Source: an uncultured Chloroflexia bacterium (GTDB lineage Bacteria; Chloroflexota; Anaerolineae; Anaerolineales; UBA4823). Taken from it: 64,000 nucleotides of DNA. The position numbers were made by a program, and so were the translations under genes. The stretch is taken from NCBI GenBank assembly GCA_963746255.1, contig CAVVAJ010000007.1, positions 543,616 to 607,615 of the forward strand, written 5' to 3'. The notes under the pieces were generated by a model. The model was not told the DNA's origin. It saw nothing but the letters and a program-made list of their open reading frames with translations, and searched no databases. Shown piece by piece: positions 9,928 to 20,365 of this stretch. Every line of letters starts with the position of its first letter. The stretch's first letter is position 1.

Positions 9928-11103
9928 CTAACTGGCGACCAGTTTCCCTTCCAGGTAGCGTTTAGCGGTCTCGGCTAAGATCGCAGCGCCAATTGGCAAG
10001 GCACTCTCATCGATATCGAATGTAGAAGTATGTAAATAGCGCGGATCACTTCCGGGTTTTTTTACACCCAATCGAAACATCGCACCTTTTGCCAATCTGG
10101 ACATATAACTGAAATCTTCGGCGCCCATAGTGCGCTGGTCTTTGCAGACACGCGGGCTGCCGAGCAAGTCGCCCCCGACCATACGCAGCCAACCCGCTAC
10201 TTCAGGATGGTTATATTGAGCGGGATATCCCCGCTCTATCTCTAATTTATAGTCACCGCCCAAAGTTTGGGTTAGTTTCAAGGCACGTTCTACTTCTTCT
10301 ATCAATTTGTGGCGCACCTGATCATCGTAGCTGCGCAGCGTGCCCTCTATGTGCACGGATTCGGGGATGACATTGTCCGTAGTCCCACCTCGGATAACCC
10401 CCACCGATACGACGTTAGGCTGTAGTGGATTGACTTGACGGGAAGGGATTGCATATAAAGTGTTCAATACCAGATTGGTCAGCCAGATTGCGTCAATCAC
10501 TTCGTGAGGATATGCCCCGTGACCGCCATTGCCGATTATATCGGCCCGAAAAGTGTCGGCTGCAGCCCCAACAAAACCATCTTCACAGCAAATGAATCCT
10601 GTGTCCAATGTGCCATCGACATGCAAGGCGATAATCGCCGCGACGTTTTCCAGTACTCCGTCTTCGATCATGCGCGGCGCGCCGCTGATGCCTGCTTCAT
10701 CAGCGACCTCCTCGGAGGGCTGAAATATAAGCCGCACTTGTCCAGGAAGAATTTCTTGACTCAATAATTGTGCTGCACCTATCAGGATTGCGGTGTGCGC
10801 ATCATGCCCACAAGCATGCATCTTTCCCGAAATATTAGAGCTATAGCTGACATCATTGGCTTCCGTGATCGGTAAAGCATCCATATCGGCCCGAATGGCG
10901 ATCACTGGCCCATCTACCTCCCCTAAATAGCCAACCACACCCGTTTTACCGACACCGGTCTGCGTTTCGATGCCCATCTCTGACAGAGTGTTGGCGACCA
11001 ATTCCGCTGTTCCGTATACATCAAAGCCTAGCTCTGGGTTTTGGTGAATCGTCCTTCTCCATTGGGTGAGGCGCTTCTGTATCCGGGTAGCTTGTTTGAG
11101 CAT
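9928..11103 (-). CDS. M20D family amidohydrolase
   Basis: RRTIHQNPELGF, RADMDALP, MHACGHDAH, FQPSEE, GGHGAYPH, GAEDF. Confidence 0.93.
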   Translation of the reverse strand: MLKQATRIQKRLTQWRRTIHQNPELGFDVYGTAELVANTLSEMGIETQTGVGKTGVVGYLGEVDGPVIAIRADMDALPITEANDVSYSSNISGKMHACGHDAHTAILIGAAQLLSQEILPGQVRLIFQPSEEVADEAGISGAPRMIEDGVLENVAAIIALHVDGTLDTGFICCEDGFVGAAADTFRADIIGNGGHGAYPHEVIDAIWLTNLVLNTLYAIPSRQVNPLQPNVVSVGVIRGGTTDNVIPESVHIEGTLRSYDDQVRHKLIEEVERALKLTQTLGGDYKLEIERGYPAQYNHPEVAGWLRMVGGDLLGSPRVCKDQRTMGAEDFSYMSRLAKGAMFRLGVKKPGSDPRYLHTSTFDIDESALPIGAAILAETAKRYLEGKLVAS

Positions 11104-11113
11104 CTATTTTTCC

Positions 11114-12265
11114 TTATATATTTTTTGCCTTTGGTCCATAACTTTTAGCCGCTCGTTTTTGCTGCCGCAGTTTGTACTGCAGCTTGATCTCTTGAATAAT
11201 TTCAATTTTTTCTTCGATGGCCGCGTCTAACCACAAATTGCCCTTCTCAGCTCTTCCTAAACGGCCATCACCGTAAATACCGCTCTGCGTATCATCGCTC
11301 CAGGGAGGGTTCGCAATCAACCTACCTCCCTCCACCCAATCCATATTGTAGTTGGGTGTGGAAATAAAGTCGCTCTCTGTAGTCGCTTGTTCCATATACA
11401 CCAGATCCGGGCGTAAGTAAAGGATGTAACTTGTTTCAAGCTCCCCACCATGACCCATCCCTCCCAGCTTGCTTTCCCGGATTTCTTCCAAGGCTGCGCC
11501 GGTCGTATGTAGCCACTCGGTCGCGATGAAAGTATCGGGGAAACGCTCTCCAGCGGCTTTGATGATATTGACCAAGTGGGAGTGGTTCCCACCATGCCCA
11601 TTTGAGAAATATATCATCCTTGCACCAAGCTTGAAGAGTTTTTGGACGATCGCCAGGAAGTAATCTTCAAACACTCTCCCGCCGATATTTAGCGTACCGG
11701 GGAACTGCCGGGTATGTGTGCTCACCCCATACGGCCATACGGGTAAAGACAGAATCTCATCACCTAAACGCTCTTGCAAGCCTTGGGCGATCGCTTCAAC
11801 GATTAAACTGTCGGTGCTCAGCGGCAGGTGGTAGCCATGCTGTTCGGTATGACCAGTATTGATCACGACGATCTGCTCCCGAATGTTCTCAAAAGAAAGT
11901 GTATCTTGATGCTCTTCTAAAACGGGAGTGATCTCTAACTTGGTTACCCGAGAAAATGGCTGCTTTTCTTCCCCGATGAGAAATTTGATCTCGCGGAATC
12001 CTTGGCCTAAAAGTTCTCTCTGGATGCCTCTCAAGACCCGTGCAAAAAGGTTTTGGGAAACCTGTAAGGGTGCCAGAGGCTGTTGGTTGGTCCGCTTGAA
12101 TCCATACGGTATCGTTGGCAGGACAATTACCTGATTAACCCCCAACAAATCAGCTGCTTTTTCGATTTGATCAAATTCATTACCACACGGGATGACTACC
12201 GGAATCGCACGCGGTAATTGGTCAATTTGTGGCCAGGTTAGCTCAGCATAATGATATATTTCCAT
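11114..12265 (-). CDS. Creatininase-family amidohydrolase with an extra degenerate N-terminal creatininase-like segment
   Basis: GHTEQHGYHLPLSTD, FPGT, NGHGGN, GHGGELETS. Confidence 0.85.
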   Translation of the reverse strand: MEIYHYAELTWPQIDQLPRAIPVVIPCGNEFDQIEKAADLLGVNQVIVLPTIPYGFKRTNQQPLAPLQVSQNLFARVLRGIQRELLGQGFREIKFLIGEEKQPFSRVTKLEITPVLEEHQDTLSFENIREQIVVINTGHTEQHGYHLPLSTDSLIVEAIAQGLQERLGDEILSLPVWPYGVSTHTRQFPGTLNIGGRVFEDYFLAIVQKLFKLGARMIYFSNGHGGNHSHLVNIIKAAGERFPDTFIATEWLHTTGAALEEIRESKLGGMGHGGELETSYILYLRPDLVYMEQATTESDFISTPNYNMDWVEGGRLIANPPWSDDTQSGIYGDGRLGRAEKGNLWLDAAIEEKIEIIQEIKLQYKLRQQKRAAKSYGPKAKNI

Positions 12266-12280
12266 CGCCTTGCGGAAAAA

Positions 12281-14131
12281 CTACAGCAGGTAATAATCTA
12301 AGAATCGTTCCATCGTCTGGTAAAAATGAAGCACATTACCTTTTTGCAGAAACCCGTGTCCTTCATCTTCATATACGATGTATTCAAATGTTTTTCCCGC
12401 TCGAGTAAGTTCTTCAACCAGCTGTTCGCTTTGTTTTGGATGTACTCTGATATCTTTCTCACCGTGAAAGATGAGCAGGGGAGATTGGATATTGGCGACT
12501 TCATATATCGGGGAGCCCGCTTTGTAGCCAGCCCGATTCGTTGTTGGATGACCCATTTGACGCTCGAGATCCTCTCTTCCTGGTCGATCGCCTTGGGCCC
12601 ACGAGCTCAAGATGTCACAGTCGCCAAACTTCGCAACGCCGCATTTGAAGCGGTATTTCGGATCACGGGCCAGTGCTAAGACAGCTAAATAGCTGCCATA
12701 GCTGGCACCATAAATACCAAGCCTTTGTCCATCAACCCAAGCAAGCCCAGCCAAGTAATCAGCGGCAGACAGCATGTCTTGTGTGTCCACTACACCCCAA
12801 TTATCGTGAAGGGCGTGCTGGTGGGCAAGCCCATTCCCGGTGCTGCCTCTGTAATTTGGTGCGAGTACTGCATAGCCCTTCGCAGCCAACCATTGCGGCA
12901 GCATCTCCCAATAACGGGCGTGTTCGTCCGTTGGTCCACCATGCGGATAGACGATGGCCGGACATGGCTGCTCGGGGGAGGCATTTTTTGGCCGGTAGAT
13001 GAAACCCGGGATTGTGTGCCCCTCGCTGCTGTATTCGATAAAATCAGGAGATACTAATGCGGCGGCGGTCAATATCGGTGGCTTTGTGTGGGTCAGCTGG
13101 GTAGTTGTTTTACTTTTTACATCGACCTGAAATATTTCTGGGGGTTGAGTTGGGCTCTCGTATTCAAAGGTTATTGATTCACCATCCGGGCTCCAAACAG
13201 GCAGGTTATGCCACCCATCGGCGATATGTATTGCCGACAAATGCCTAGAGCTAAGCTCGAGTGTATATAAGTCTCCTGTACTCTGATGGTTAAGGACGAG
13301 CGCCAACTGCTCCCCAGTTGGGTTCCAGGCATAACTTAGCACATCTTTCTTCTCACTGGTTAGTTGGTCTGTCTTTCCATTTATGGGGTCTAAAAGATAG
13401 AGATTCCGCCATCCGTCCCGGTTGGAAATGAATGTGATCTGTTTACCATCCGGTGACCAGCGTGGTTGGGTGTCCATGACTTTATCAAGCCCAGTCAGGT
13501 GCTTGATCTCCCCGTCAATAGTAGAGACCACGCAAATTTCTGAACGCAATAAATCTACCTGAGGGTGATACACAAAGACAACGCTGCTTCCATCAGGTGC
13601 GGGCCGGGGGTCTGAGACATCAGCTTCAAAGCGGGTTAATGCCGTTGGCCACTCCCCATCAAGCGTTGTCCAGCAAAGGTTATAGAAATCTTTTCGTTCG
13701 CTTAAAAAGTAGATCTTCTTCATGTCCGGACCGAAGATCGGACTGCTATCGCCTAGTTCAAAATCTGTTATTCGGCGAGCTTTTCCACCTGCACTTGGCA
13801 CCACCCAGATATCATCTTTCGCCACGTAAGCCAACCACGTGCCGTCCGGGCTCCAATTTGGCTTCGCATCTGTCCAGATAGTTTGTTCTGGTCGATCGAA
13901 GGTTAACCGCAGCGGCCATCCGGGTATATCCCGTTTAATGATATAGATGTCGCTGTTCCCCTCCCGCTGCCATACAAATGCAATTTGTTTACCATCCGGA
14001 GAGGGACTATGGTGGTGTATCAGGTTCACACCTACCAACAGCTCATCTGTCCATGGCTCAGGAAGTTTTCTATCTGGTCTGGATTGTGCTGGCCATCCGT
14101 TGGGGGCTTGTTTTTTAATGGTAGCTTTCAT
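12281..14131 (-). CDS. S9 family prolyl oligopeptidase/acylaminoacyl peptidase with TolB-like beta-propeller
   Basis: Repeated WSPDG propeller motifs, HGGP, NYRGSTG, nucleophile GASYG, HGEKD, EGHG; ATG 14131 has a GGAGG RBS. Confidence 0.92.
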   Translation of the reverse strand: MKATIKKQAPNGWPAQSRPDRKLPEPWTDELLVGVNLIHHHSPSPDGKQIAFVWQREGNSDIYIIKRDIPGWPLRLTFDRPEQTIWTDAKPNWSPDGTWLAYVAKDDIWVVPSAGGKARRITDFELGDSSPIFGPDMKKIYFLSERKDFYNLCWTTLDGEWPTALTRFEADVSDPRPAPDGSSVVFVYHPQVDLLRSEICVVSTIDGEIKHLTGLDKVMDTQPRWSPDGKQITFISNRDGWRNLYLLDPINGKTDQLTSEKKDVLSYAWNPTGEQLALVLNHQSTGDLYTLELSSRHLSAIHIADGWHNLPVWSPDGESITFEYESPTQPPEIFQVDVKSKTTTQLTHTKPPILTAAALVSPDFIEYSSEGHTIPGFIYRPKNASPEQPCPAIVYPHGGPTDEHARYWEMLPQWLAAKGYAVLAPNYRGSTGNGLAHQHALHDNWGVVDTQDMLSAADYLAGLAWVDGQRLGIYGASYGSYLAVLALARDPKYRFKCGVAKFGDCDILSSWAQGDRPGREDLERQMGHPTTNRAGYKAGSPIYEVANIQSPLLIFHGEKDIRVHPKQSEQLVEELTRAGKTFEYIVYEDEGHGFLQKGNVLHFYQTMERFLDYYLL

Positions 14132-14312
14132 CCGTGAAAACCCTCCCACGATCATTGATATCCGCGGATTATACTGCTTATTATCCCCGGCAATACGATG
14201 AGATTTTGTTTGTGTATCTGGTGGATTGTTGCGTTAATATGATTGCGTTTTCTGGAACAAAGAATATAATCTCAAATATCTACAGCAAGCAATTAATAAT
14301 GGAGGGTGAAGT

Positions 14313-15398
14313 ATGTCACGCGCTAGGATCAGGGATTTGGGTATAAACATTGGCTACCTGCCGACAGGACCCCAAAATGCCATTACTGATGTGCCAAGTG
14401 TCTTGGTTGGCCACCATACTCTCATCTACGACCAACCCGATATATCTAGAACTGGTGTGACGGTTGTTCTGCCGCGCAGTGATAGGAGCCGCGAAGATCA
14501 TGCCTTTGCCGGTTATTATTCGCTGAATGGTTTTGGAGAGATGACTGGATTACTTTGGCTGGAGGAATCTGGACTTTTAGGATCACCAATCGGGCTGACG
14601 AACACCAATCAAGTAGGTGTGGTTCGTGATGCGTTAACCGAGTATTCTGTGATCCAGCACTCAGGTCGTGGCTTCGGGCTTCCAGTCGTTGCTGAAACAT
14701 GGGATGGTTGGCTAAATCATATGGATGCGTTTCATTTAACCAAGGAACATGTTTTCTCCGCCATCCAGAATGCTGGGTCTGGACCAGTTCCCGAAGGTAA
14801 TGTGGGTGGTGGGACAGGCATGATTTGCCACGATTTTAAAGGTGGAATCGGGACAGCCTCGCGTATCGTGGAAAGCAATTTTGGTGCCTATACTTTGGGT
14901 GTATTGGTTCAGAGCAATTATGGAGATCGTAGGGATTTGCGGGTCAACGGTATCCCGGTAGGGCTTGAACTTGGCCCAGATGTCGTTCCGCTTCCATGGG
15001 ATACACCGCAGTCTGGTGGTTCGATAATCATCATCATTGCTACAGATGCCCCGCTGATCCCTTCCCAATGCAAAAGATTAGCCAGACGGGCTGCGATAGG
15101 TTTGGGCCGCGTGGGGGGGATTGGAAATAATGGCAGCGGAGATATTTTTCTTGCCTTTGCCACAGGGAATCATATCGATAGCGAAATTGAGAGTCCTTAT
15201 CAACTACACATGATCCCCAATCATCTGTTAGATCCCTTCTTTGAGGCGGTTATCGAAGCGGTTGAGGAATCAATTATCAATGCACTGTGTGCAGCCGAAA
15301 CCATGCAAGGATACAAAGATCACACGGCTTATGAATTGCCGCTTGAGGACCTGAAGAAGATTCTACAGCGTTATTCGGGTTGCAGTCAAAATCAGTGA
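14313..15398 (+). CDS. P1/DmpA family aminopeptidase (self-processing Ntn-like hydrolase)
   Basis: NAITDV, TGVTVVLP, PVVAETWDG, EGNVGGGTGM, autoprocessing site GG|SIIIIIATDAP, GSGDIFLAF. Confidence 0.92.
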   Translation: MSRARIRDLGINIGYLPTGPQNAITDVPSVLVGHHTLIYDQPDISRTGVTVVLPRSDRSREDHAFAGYYSLNGFGEMTGLLWLEESGLLGSPIGLTNTNQVGVVRDALTEYSVIQHSGRGFGLPVVAETWDGWLNHMDAFHLTKEHVFSAIQNAGSGPVPEGNVGGGTGMICHDFKGGIGTASRIVESNFGAYTLGVLVQSNYGDRRDLRVNGIPVGLELGPDVVPLPWDTPQSGGSIIIIIATDAPLIPSQCKRLARRAAIGLGRVGGIGNNGSGDIFLAFATGNHIDSEIESPYQLHMIPNHLLDPFFEAVIEAVEESIINALCAAETMQGYKDHTAYELPLEDLKKILQRYSGCSQNQ

Positions 15399-15402
15399 AT
15401 CT

Positions 15403-17505
15403 CTACTCATCGTCTTTCACGATGATGCGCGCATCTAGTGCTACACAACCCTCCCCTGCATGGAAAACGCGCAGCGGGTTGATGTCCAGTTCTCGGATTT
15501 GTGGGTTATCTACGAGCAATTGGGATACGCGGAGGATGGCATCGACGACCGCGTGGATATCCGCCGGTTTATGACCTCGGGCGCCGGTTAGGATTGAATA
15601 CCCCCGCAAGCTTTCGAGCATTGCTGTGGCTTCACTGCGAGTGATCGGTGCAACCCTTACATTTACCTCTTCAAAGATTTCGACAAATATCCCCCCTAAC
15701 CCCACCAATACTACCGGTCCAAAATGTGGGTCTTGCCTTCCACCGAGGATTAGCTCTCTCCCTCCGGTGATCATCGGCTGGACCAAAACTCCATCGATGT
15801 TGGCTTCAGGATAGGCATGCTGGATACGTGCCATCATATCTTCGAAGGCTGCCCCTACTGCCGCACGGTTGCGCAGGTTAAGTTGCACACCGCCTACATC
15901 TGATTTGTGCGAGATCTGCTCGGCAATTATTTTTATGGCTACGGGATAACCAATCTGTTCAGCTGCATCCTGGGCTTCTGCCACACTTATCGCGCTGAGG
16001 CTGGTGGCCGTTGATACTCCGTAGATCTCAAGCATATCCAATGACTCAGAAAGCAGCAGATCACGGCCATCGGATTTCGCTTCATTTAGTATGTCTTGTG
16101 CGGAACCTCGATAAACGTCAAAGGTTGGAATCTCTTCTTGCTGATGCCTCCTCTCTGCCGAGCAGCAGTAATTAAAGCTCATTCTCAGAGCCCGGATCGT
16201 CTCGACTACCTGGGTGAAGATTGGGAAATTATACGTTTGCTTCAGATCATTGACTTCTTGGGCGGCAGCAGAGATGTAGTAGGCGACCGGTTTATTGTAT
16301 TGTTCCACCAATTCCATCAACCTCTCCAGTAATTTACGGCTAGTCAGGTTTTCTCTTTCAGAGAGCGAAGTATGCAGAAAAACAACCCCGTCTACATCTG
16401 GCAGCTGTAAGGTCCGTTCCACGATTTGTCCATAGAGATCCAGGTCAAACAGGTCTCCCAGGTCAAGTGGATTTGTCAGTCGAATGACTGAGGCGCGGAA
16501 GTTATTTTCGATCTCGCGTAGGAAACTGTCCGGGAAATGAGCTAAGCTAAACCCGGATACCTCGCAAGCATCCGCGGCGATAACTGCATGTCCTCCCGAA
16601 CGGGAAATGATTGCTAGGTTCTTTCCTTTCATGGCTGGCAGTTCCAATATTTTTAGGTTATTGCCAAATGAAGTCGCATCGCTTACTCGAACAATCCCCG
16701 CCTGGCGGAAGGCAGCCTCGACGACTTTATCATCGCTGGTCAGAGATGCGGTGTGGGATAATGCGATGTTCTGCCCGAGTGTGCCGATATTCGACTTAAA
16801 GATTATGATCGGTTTTTCGGATCGGCGAGCGATATCCATTAATCTGCGTCCATCTCGGATGCTCTCCAGATACATAAAGATAAGCCCGGTACCCTCATCG
16901 CTGATCAAATATTCAAGCATATCCTCCGCATCGATATTGAGCATGTTTCCAACTGATACAAATTTATTTAATCCCAAGCCTTCATTAGCCATGATGTTTA
17001 GTGCACTCATCCCCACGCCGCCGCTTTGAGTGATGATCGAGACATCCCCATCCTTCACGAAACGTGTCAACCGGGGGAACGGTACGCAGAAACCGTTCTC
17101 CATATTGATCGCCCCGATACAGTTAGGTCCCACAAAAGACATCCCATATTTGTCGGCGATGGTAGACATCGACTTTTCCAGTTCCTTTCCTTGGGCAGTG
17201 TATTCTCTGAACCCTGCGGTCTCCACTATTGCCCAGCGAATTCCTTTCTGTCCACATTCCTCCAAAACAGACGGTACGGTATGAGCAGGGGTTAAAATGA
17301 CTGCCAAATCTACTGGATCTGGTATATCGCCTACCGTTTGGTAGATCCGGCGCGTCTCAATCGATCCACCACTCGGCCCAACCGCATACACGATCCCGGT
17401 AAATCCATACTCAACCAGGTTAGCCACGATATTACGGCCGAGATTGGTTGGTTTGGCTGATACTCCGATGACAGCAACGCTGGTGGGATAAAATATTTCT
17501 CGCAT
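15403..17505 (-). CDS. Acetate/acyl-CoA ligase (ADP-forming), fused alpha+beta
   Basis: CoA-binding FYPTSVAVIGVS, GPNCIG, TQSGG, phospho-His SHTASL, NPLDL, C-terminal ATP-grasp HKSDVGGV..DPHFGPV..ELDINPL. Confidence 0.92.
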   Translation of the reverse strand: MREIFYPTSVAVIGVSAKPTNLGRNIVANLVEYGFTGIVYAVGPSGGSIETRRIYQTVGDIPDPVDLAVILTPAHTVPSVLEECGQKGIRWAIVETAGFREYTAQGKELEKSMSTIADKYGMSFVGPNCIGAINMENGFCVPFPRLTRFVKDGDVSIITQSGGVGMSALNIMANEGLGLNKFVSVGNMLNIDAEDMLEYLISDEGTGLIFMYLESIRDGRRLMDIARRSEKPIIIFKSNIGTLGQNIALSHTASLTSDDKVVEAAFRQAGIVRVSDATSFGNNLKILELPAMKGKNLAIISRSGGHAVIAADACEVSGFSLAHFPDSFLREIENNFRASVIRLTNPLDLGDLFDLDLYGQIVERTLQLPDVDGVVFLHTSLSERENLTSRKLLERLMELVEQYNKPVAYYISAAAQEVNDLKQTYNFPIFTQVVETIRALRMSFNYCCSAERRHQQEEIPTFDVYRGSAQDILNEAKSDGRDLLLSESLDMLEIYGVSTATSLSAISVAEAQDAAEQIGYPVAIKIIAEQISHKSDVGGVQLNLRNRAAVGAAFEDMMARIQHAYPEANIDGVLVQPMITGGRELILGGRQDPHFGPVVLVGLGGIFVEIFEEVNVRVAPITRSEATAMLESLRGYSILTGARGHKPADIHAVVDAILRVSQLLVDNPQIRELDINPLRVFHAGEGCVALDARIIVKDDE

Positions 17506-17811
17506 TAGTTTTCCTCAGTTATCTACGCTCAGTAGTTTTTCGATTGAATCTATTGAAGCCGATCGTAATATTCTATTGCCATCTTCATTATACATTTGAA
17601 CGATAGCCTCCGGATTACTTCCAGGTAATCCATACTGCACAGAGGGTCTGCGCTCACCAAAACCCCAGACTGATGTTGAGATCAGAAGATTTACCGAAGA
17701 AAGGATTGAATTGGTCAAAACTTGTCATATTTAATAGTAAAATATATTTCACACGTAGAAACCACATTGTGTAATTTACTCAATCCCAATTGAAACCAAA
17801 AGGAGCTATTG

Positions 17812-20169
17812 ATGGCTAGTCTTAAAGAATATAAACCGGGAACGACTTTCTCGGGGGTGATCGGACGTACTTTCGATGTCTCAGAGCCAGCCTGGCCGGA
17901 GCCAAATCGGGCAAAAGAGGGCGCGCCGAATGTATTATTTATCGTGCTGGACGATACAGGATATGGGCAGCTTGGTTGCTACGGCAGCCCGATCGATACA
18001 CCGAATTTGGATGCATTAGCCAACAATGGCTTGGTCTATACCAACATGCACACTACCGCGCTTTGTTCACCGACACGCACGTGTATCCTCACTGGTCGCA
18101 ACCATCATTCCAATGGTATGGCCTGTATCACTGAGGCTTCCACTGGCTACCCTGGAGCGAACGGCAATATCCCATTTGAAAATGGCTTCCTCTCGGAGAT
18201 ACTGCTTCAAAAGGGGTACAACACCTACGCCCTCGGCAAATGGCACCTTACACCAGCCGACCAGATTTCCGCCGCTGGTCCGTATGATCGCTGGCCTTTA
18301 GGGCGCGGTTTTGAACGCTATTATGGGTTTTTGGGTGGTGAGACGCACCAGTATTATCCCGAGCTGATATATGACAACCATCAAGTTGAACCTCCTAGGA
18401 CTCCGGAAGAAGGCTATCACGTCACCGAAGATTTGGCCGACAAGGCGATCAGTTTCATCGCCGATTCGAAACAAGTTGCCCCGAATAAGCCTTTCTTCAT
18501 GTACTTCTGCACCGGAGCGATGCATGCCCCTCACCATGTCCGCAAGGAATGGTCGGATCGATACAAAGGCAAGTTTGACGATGGTTGGGAAGCCTATCGC
18601 GAAAAGGCCTTCACTAGACAGAAAGAGTTGGGCATTGTCCCGGCGGATGCCGAGCTTTCCCGACATGACCCAGATGTACCGAATTGGGATTCGCTCTCGC
18701 CCGAAGAACAGAAGCTCTATGCCCGGATGATGGAAGTCTTTGCAGGCTTCCTCTCGCATACCGACTACCACATCGGCCGGCTGATTGATTTCCTCAAATC
18801 AATTGGTGAGTTCGAGAATACACTCATCATGGTCATCTCGGATAACGGTGCCAGTTCCGAAGGTGGTCCTACAGGCTCGGTAAATGAGAACCTGTTTTTC
18901 AACAATGTGCCGGATAGTTTAGAGGAAAACCTGAGACTCATCGATGAATTAGGTGGGCCGAACACCTTCAACCATTACGCCTGGGGCTGGACTTGGGCGG
19001 GTAATACACCTTTCCGCCGCTGGAAGCGCGAGACTTATCGTGGCGGTATTAGCGATCCCTTCTTCGTCCATTGGCCAAAAGGGATCAAATCCAAAGGTGA
19101 AGTGCGGACACAATATACCCATGCCATTGACATGGTCCCAACAGTCTTGGATGCCTTGGGTATCGACTCTCCCGATTCCATCAATGGTGTCACCCAATCG
19201 CCCATCGAGGGTACCAGCTTTGCCCAGACATTTGAGGATGGCACTGCCTCTTCGAAACGGATCACTCAGTATTTTGAAATGATGGGCCATCGTTCGTTGT
19301 ATCATGATGGCTGGCGCGCAGTTTGTCCATGGCCAGGTCCCTCATTTACCGAAGCGGGTGCATTTTTTGGCGAACCTATCCCGGCCGCGAAATTAACTGA
19401 GCTCGATGCCAACCATTGGGAGCTTTACAACGTAGCAGAGGATTTCGCTGAAAACCATAATATCGCTGCTGACCATCGCGATAAATTGATTGAAATGATT
19501 GCCACCTGGTATGTAGAAGCCGGTAAGTACAAGGTTCTGCCAGTCGACGGTCGCGGTACGTTGCGGTTTGCAGAAGAGCGACCACAAATTACTAAAGACC
19601 GCACCAGCTACACTTTCTACCCCGGTACGCAGTCGGTACCGTACAATGCAGGGCCTCGCTTATTAAATCGTTCGCACAGCATCACGGCTGAGGTCGATAT
19701 CCCAGCTGGTGGTGCAGAAGGAGCGCTTATCTCCTTTGGTGGTACGGATGGTGGTTATTCCTTCTATATAAAGGATGGAAAGCTGCAGTATGTCCAAAAC
19801 TATGTCGCCAAGCAGTATTTGCATGTCGAAGCGGCAGAGACAATTCCCTCCGGACGGCATTCGCTCCGCTACGAGTTTGAAGCAACCGGTGCCCCGGATA
19901 TCGCCAAAGGAAAAGGTGCACCGGGGATGGGACAGCTGTATATCGATGGCCGCTTGGTTGGTCAAGCCGAGTTCCCGGTTACCACACCATTGAGCCTCGG
20001 CTTGACGGGTGGCATCTCGGTCGGCGCTGACCCGGGTGCACCAGTGGCGCCCTTCTACCAGACTCCCTTCGAGTTCACCGGTACAATCTACACAGTTACA
20101 ATCGATGTCAGTGGTGATTTGATCAAGGATGATGAAGCGACCATGCGCATGATCATGGCGCGCCAATAA
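17812..20169 (+). CDS. Arylsulfatase (Cys-type, cytoplasmic, AtsA/AtsD-like long form)
   Basis: PNVLFIVLDD, formylglycine motif LCSPTR, GKWHL, SDNG; AGGAG RBS before ATG 17812; no signal peptide. Confidence 0.95.
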   Translation: MASLKEYKPGTTFSGVIGRTFDVSEPAWPEPNRAKEGAPNVLFIVLDDTGYGQLGCYGSPIDTPNLDALANNGLVYTNMHTTALCSPTRTCILTGRNHHSNGMACITEASTGYPGANGNIPFENGFLSEILLQKGYNTYALGKWHLTPADQISAAGPYDRWPLGRGFERYYGFLGGETHQYYPELIYDNHQVEPPRTPEEGYHVTEDLADKAISFIADSKQVAPNKPFFMYFCTGAMHAPHHVRKEWSDRYKGKFDDGWEAYREKAFTRQKELGIVPADAELSRHDPDVPNWDSLSPEEQKLYARMMEVFAGFLSHTDYHIGRLIDFLKSIGEFENTLIMVISDNGASSEGGPTGSVNENLFFNNVPDSLEENLRLIDELGGPNTFNHYAWGWTWAGNTPFRRWKRETYRGGISDPFFVHWPKGIKSKGEVRTQYTHAIDMVPTVLDALGIDSPDSINGVTQSPIEGTSFAQTFEDGTASSKRITQYFEMMGHRSLYHDGWRAVCPWPGPSFTEAGAFFGEPIPAAKLTELDANHWELYNVAEDFAENHNIAADHRDKLIEMIATWYVEAGKYKVLPVDGRGTLRFAEERPQITKDRTSYTFYPGTQSVPYNAGPRLLNRSHSITAEVDIPAGGAEGALISFGGTDGGYSFYIKDGKLQYVQNYVAKQYLHVEAAETIPSGRHSLRYEFEATGAPDIAKGKGAPGMGQLYIDGRLVGQAEFPVTTPLSLGLTGGISVGADPGAPVAPFYQTPFEFTGTIYTVTIDVSGDLIKDDEATMRMIMARQ

Positions 20170-20189
20170 TTTATATCTATCTAGTAGAT

Positions 20190-20225
20190 GCGGCGGTCGC
20201 ACGATATTGCGACTGCCGCTTTTTT
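20190..20225 (+). terminator. Intrinsic terminator after the sulfatase
   Basis: GCGGCGGTCGCA-CGATAT-TGCGACTGCCGC followed by T6. Confidence 0.85.
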
Positions 20226-20365
20226 AATCGTAATCGTTCCGGAACGATGATTTGGTGGTGAGTTGCTGTAGTTTAGTTAGCTGACACACTTTAAGTGTGA
20301 TCATTGGTGATATCATCTGCTACAGAAATTTGGGCGATACCCCTAACTTCGTGGAGGGTTAGAGA

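Noticed and set aside
17515-17718. 67-aa ORF ending at the RBS of the acyl-CoA ligase
   Set aside because: TTG start without an RBS and no recognisable motif; it could be a remnant but cannot be supported.
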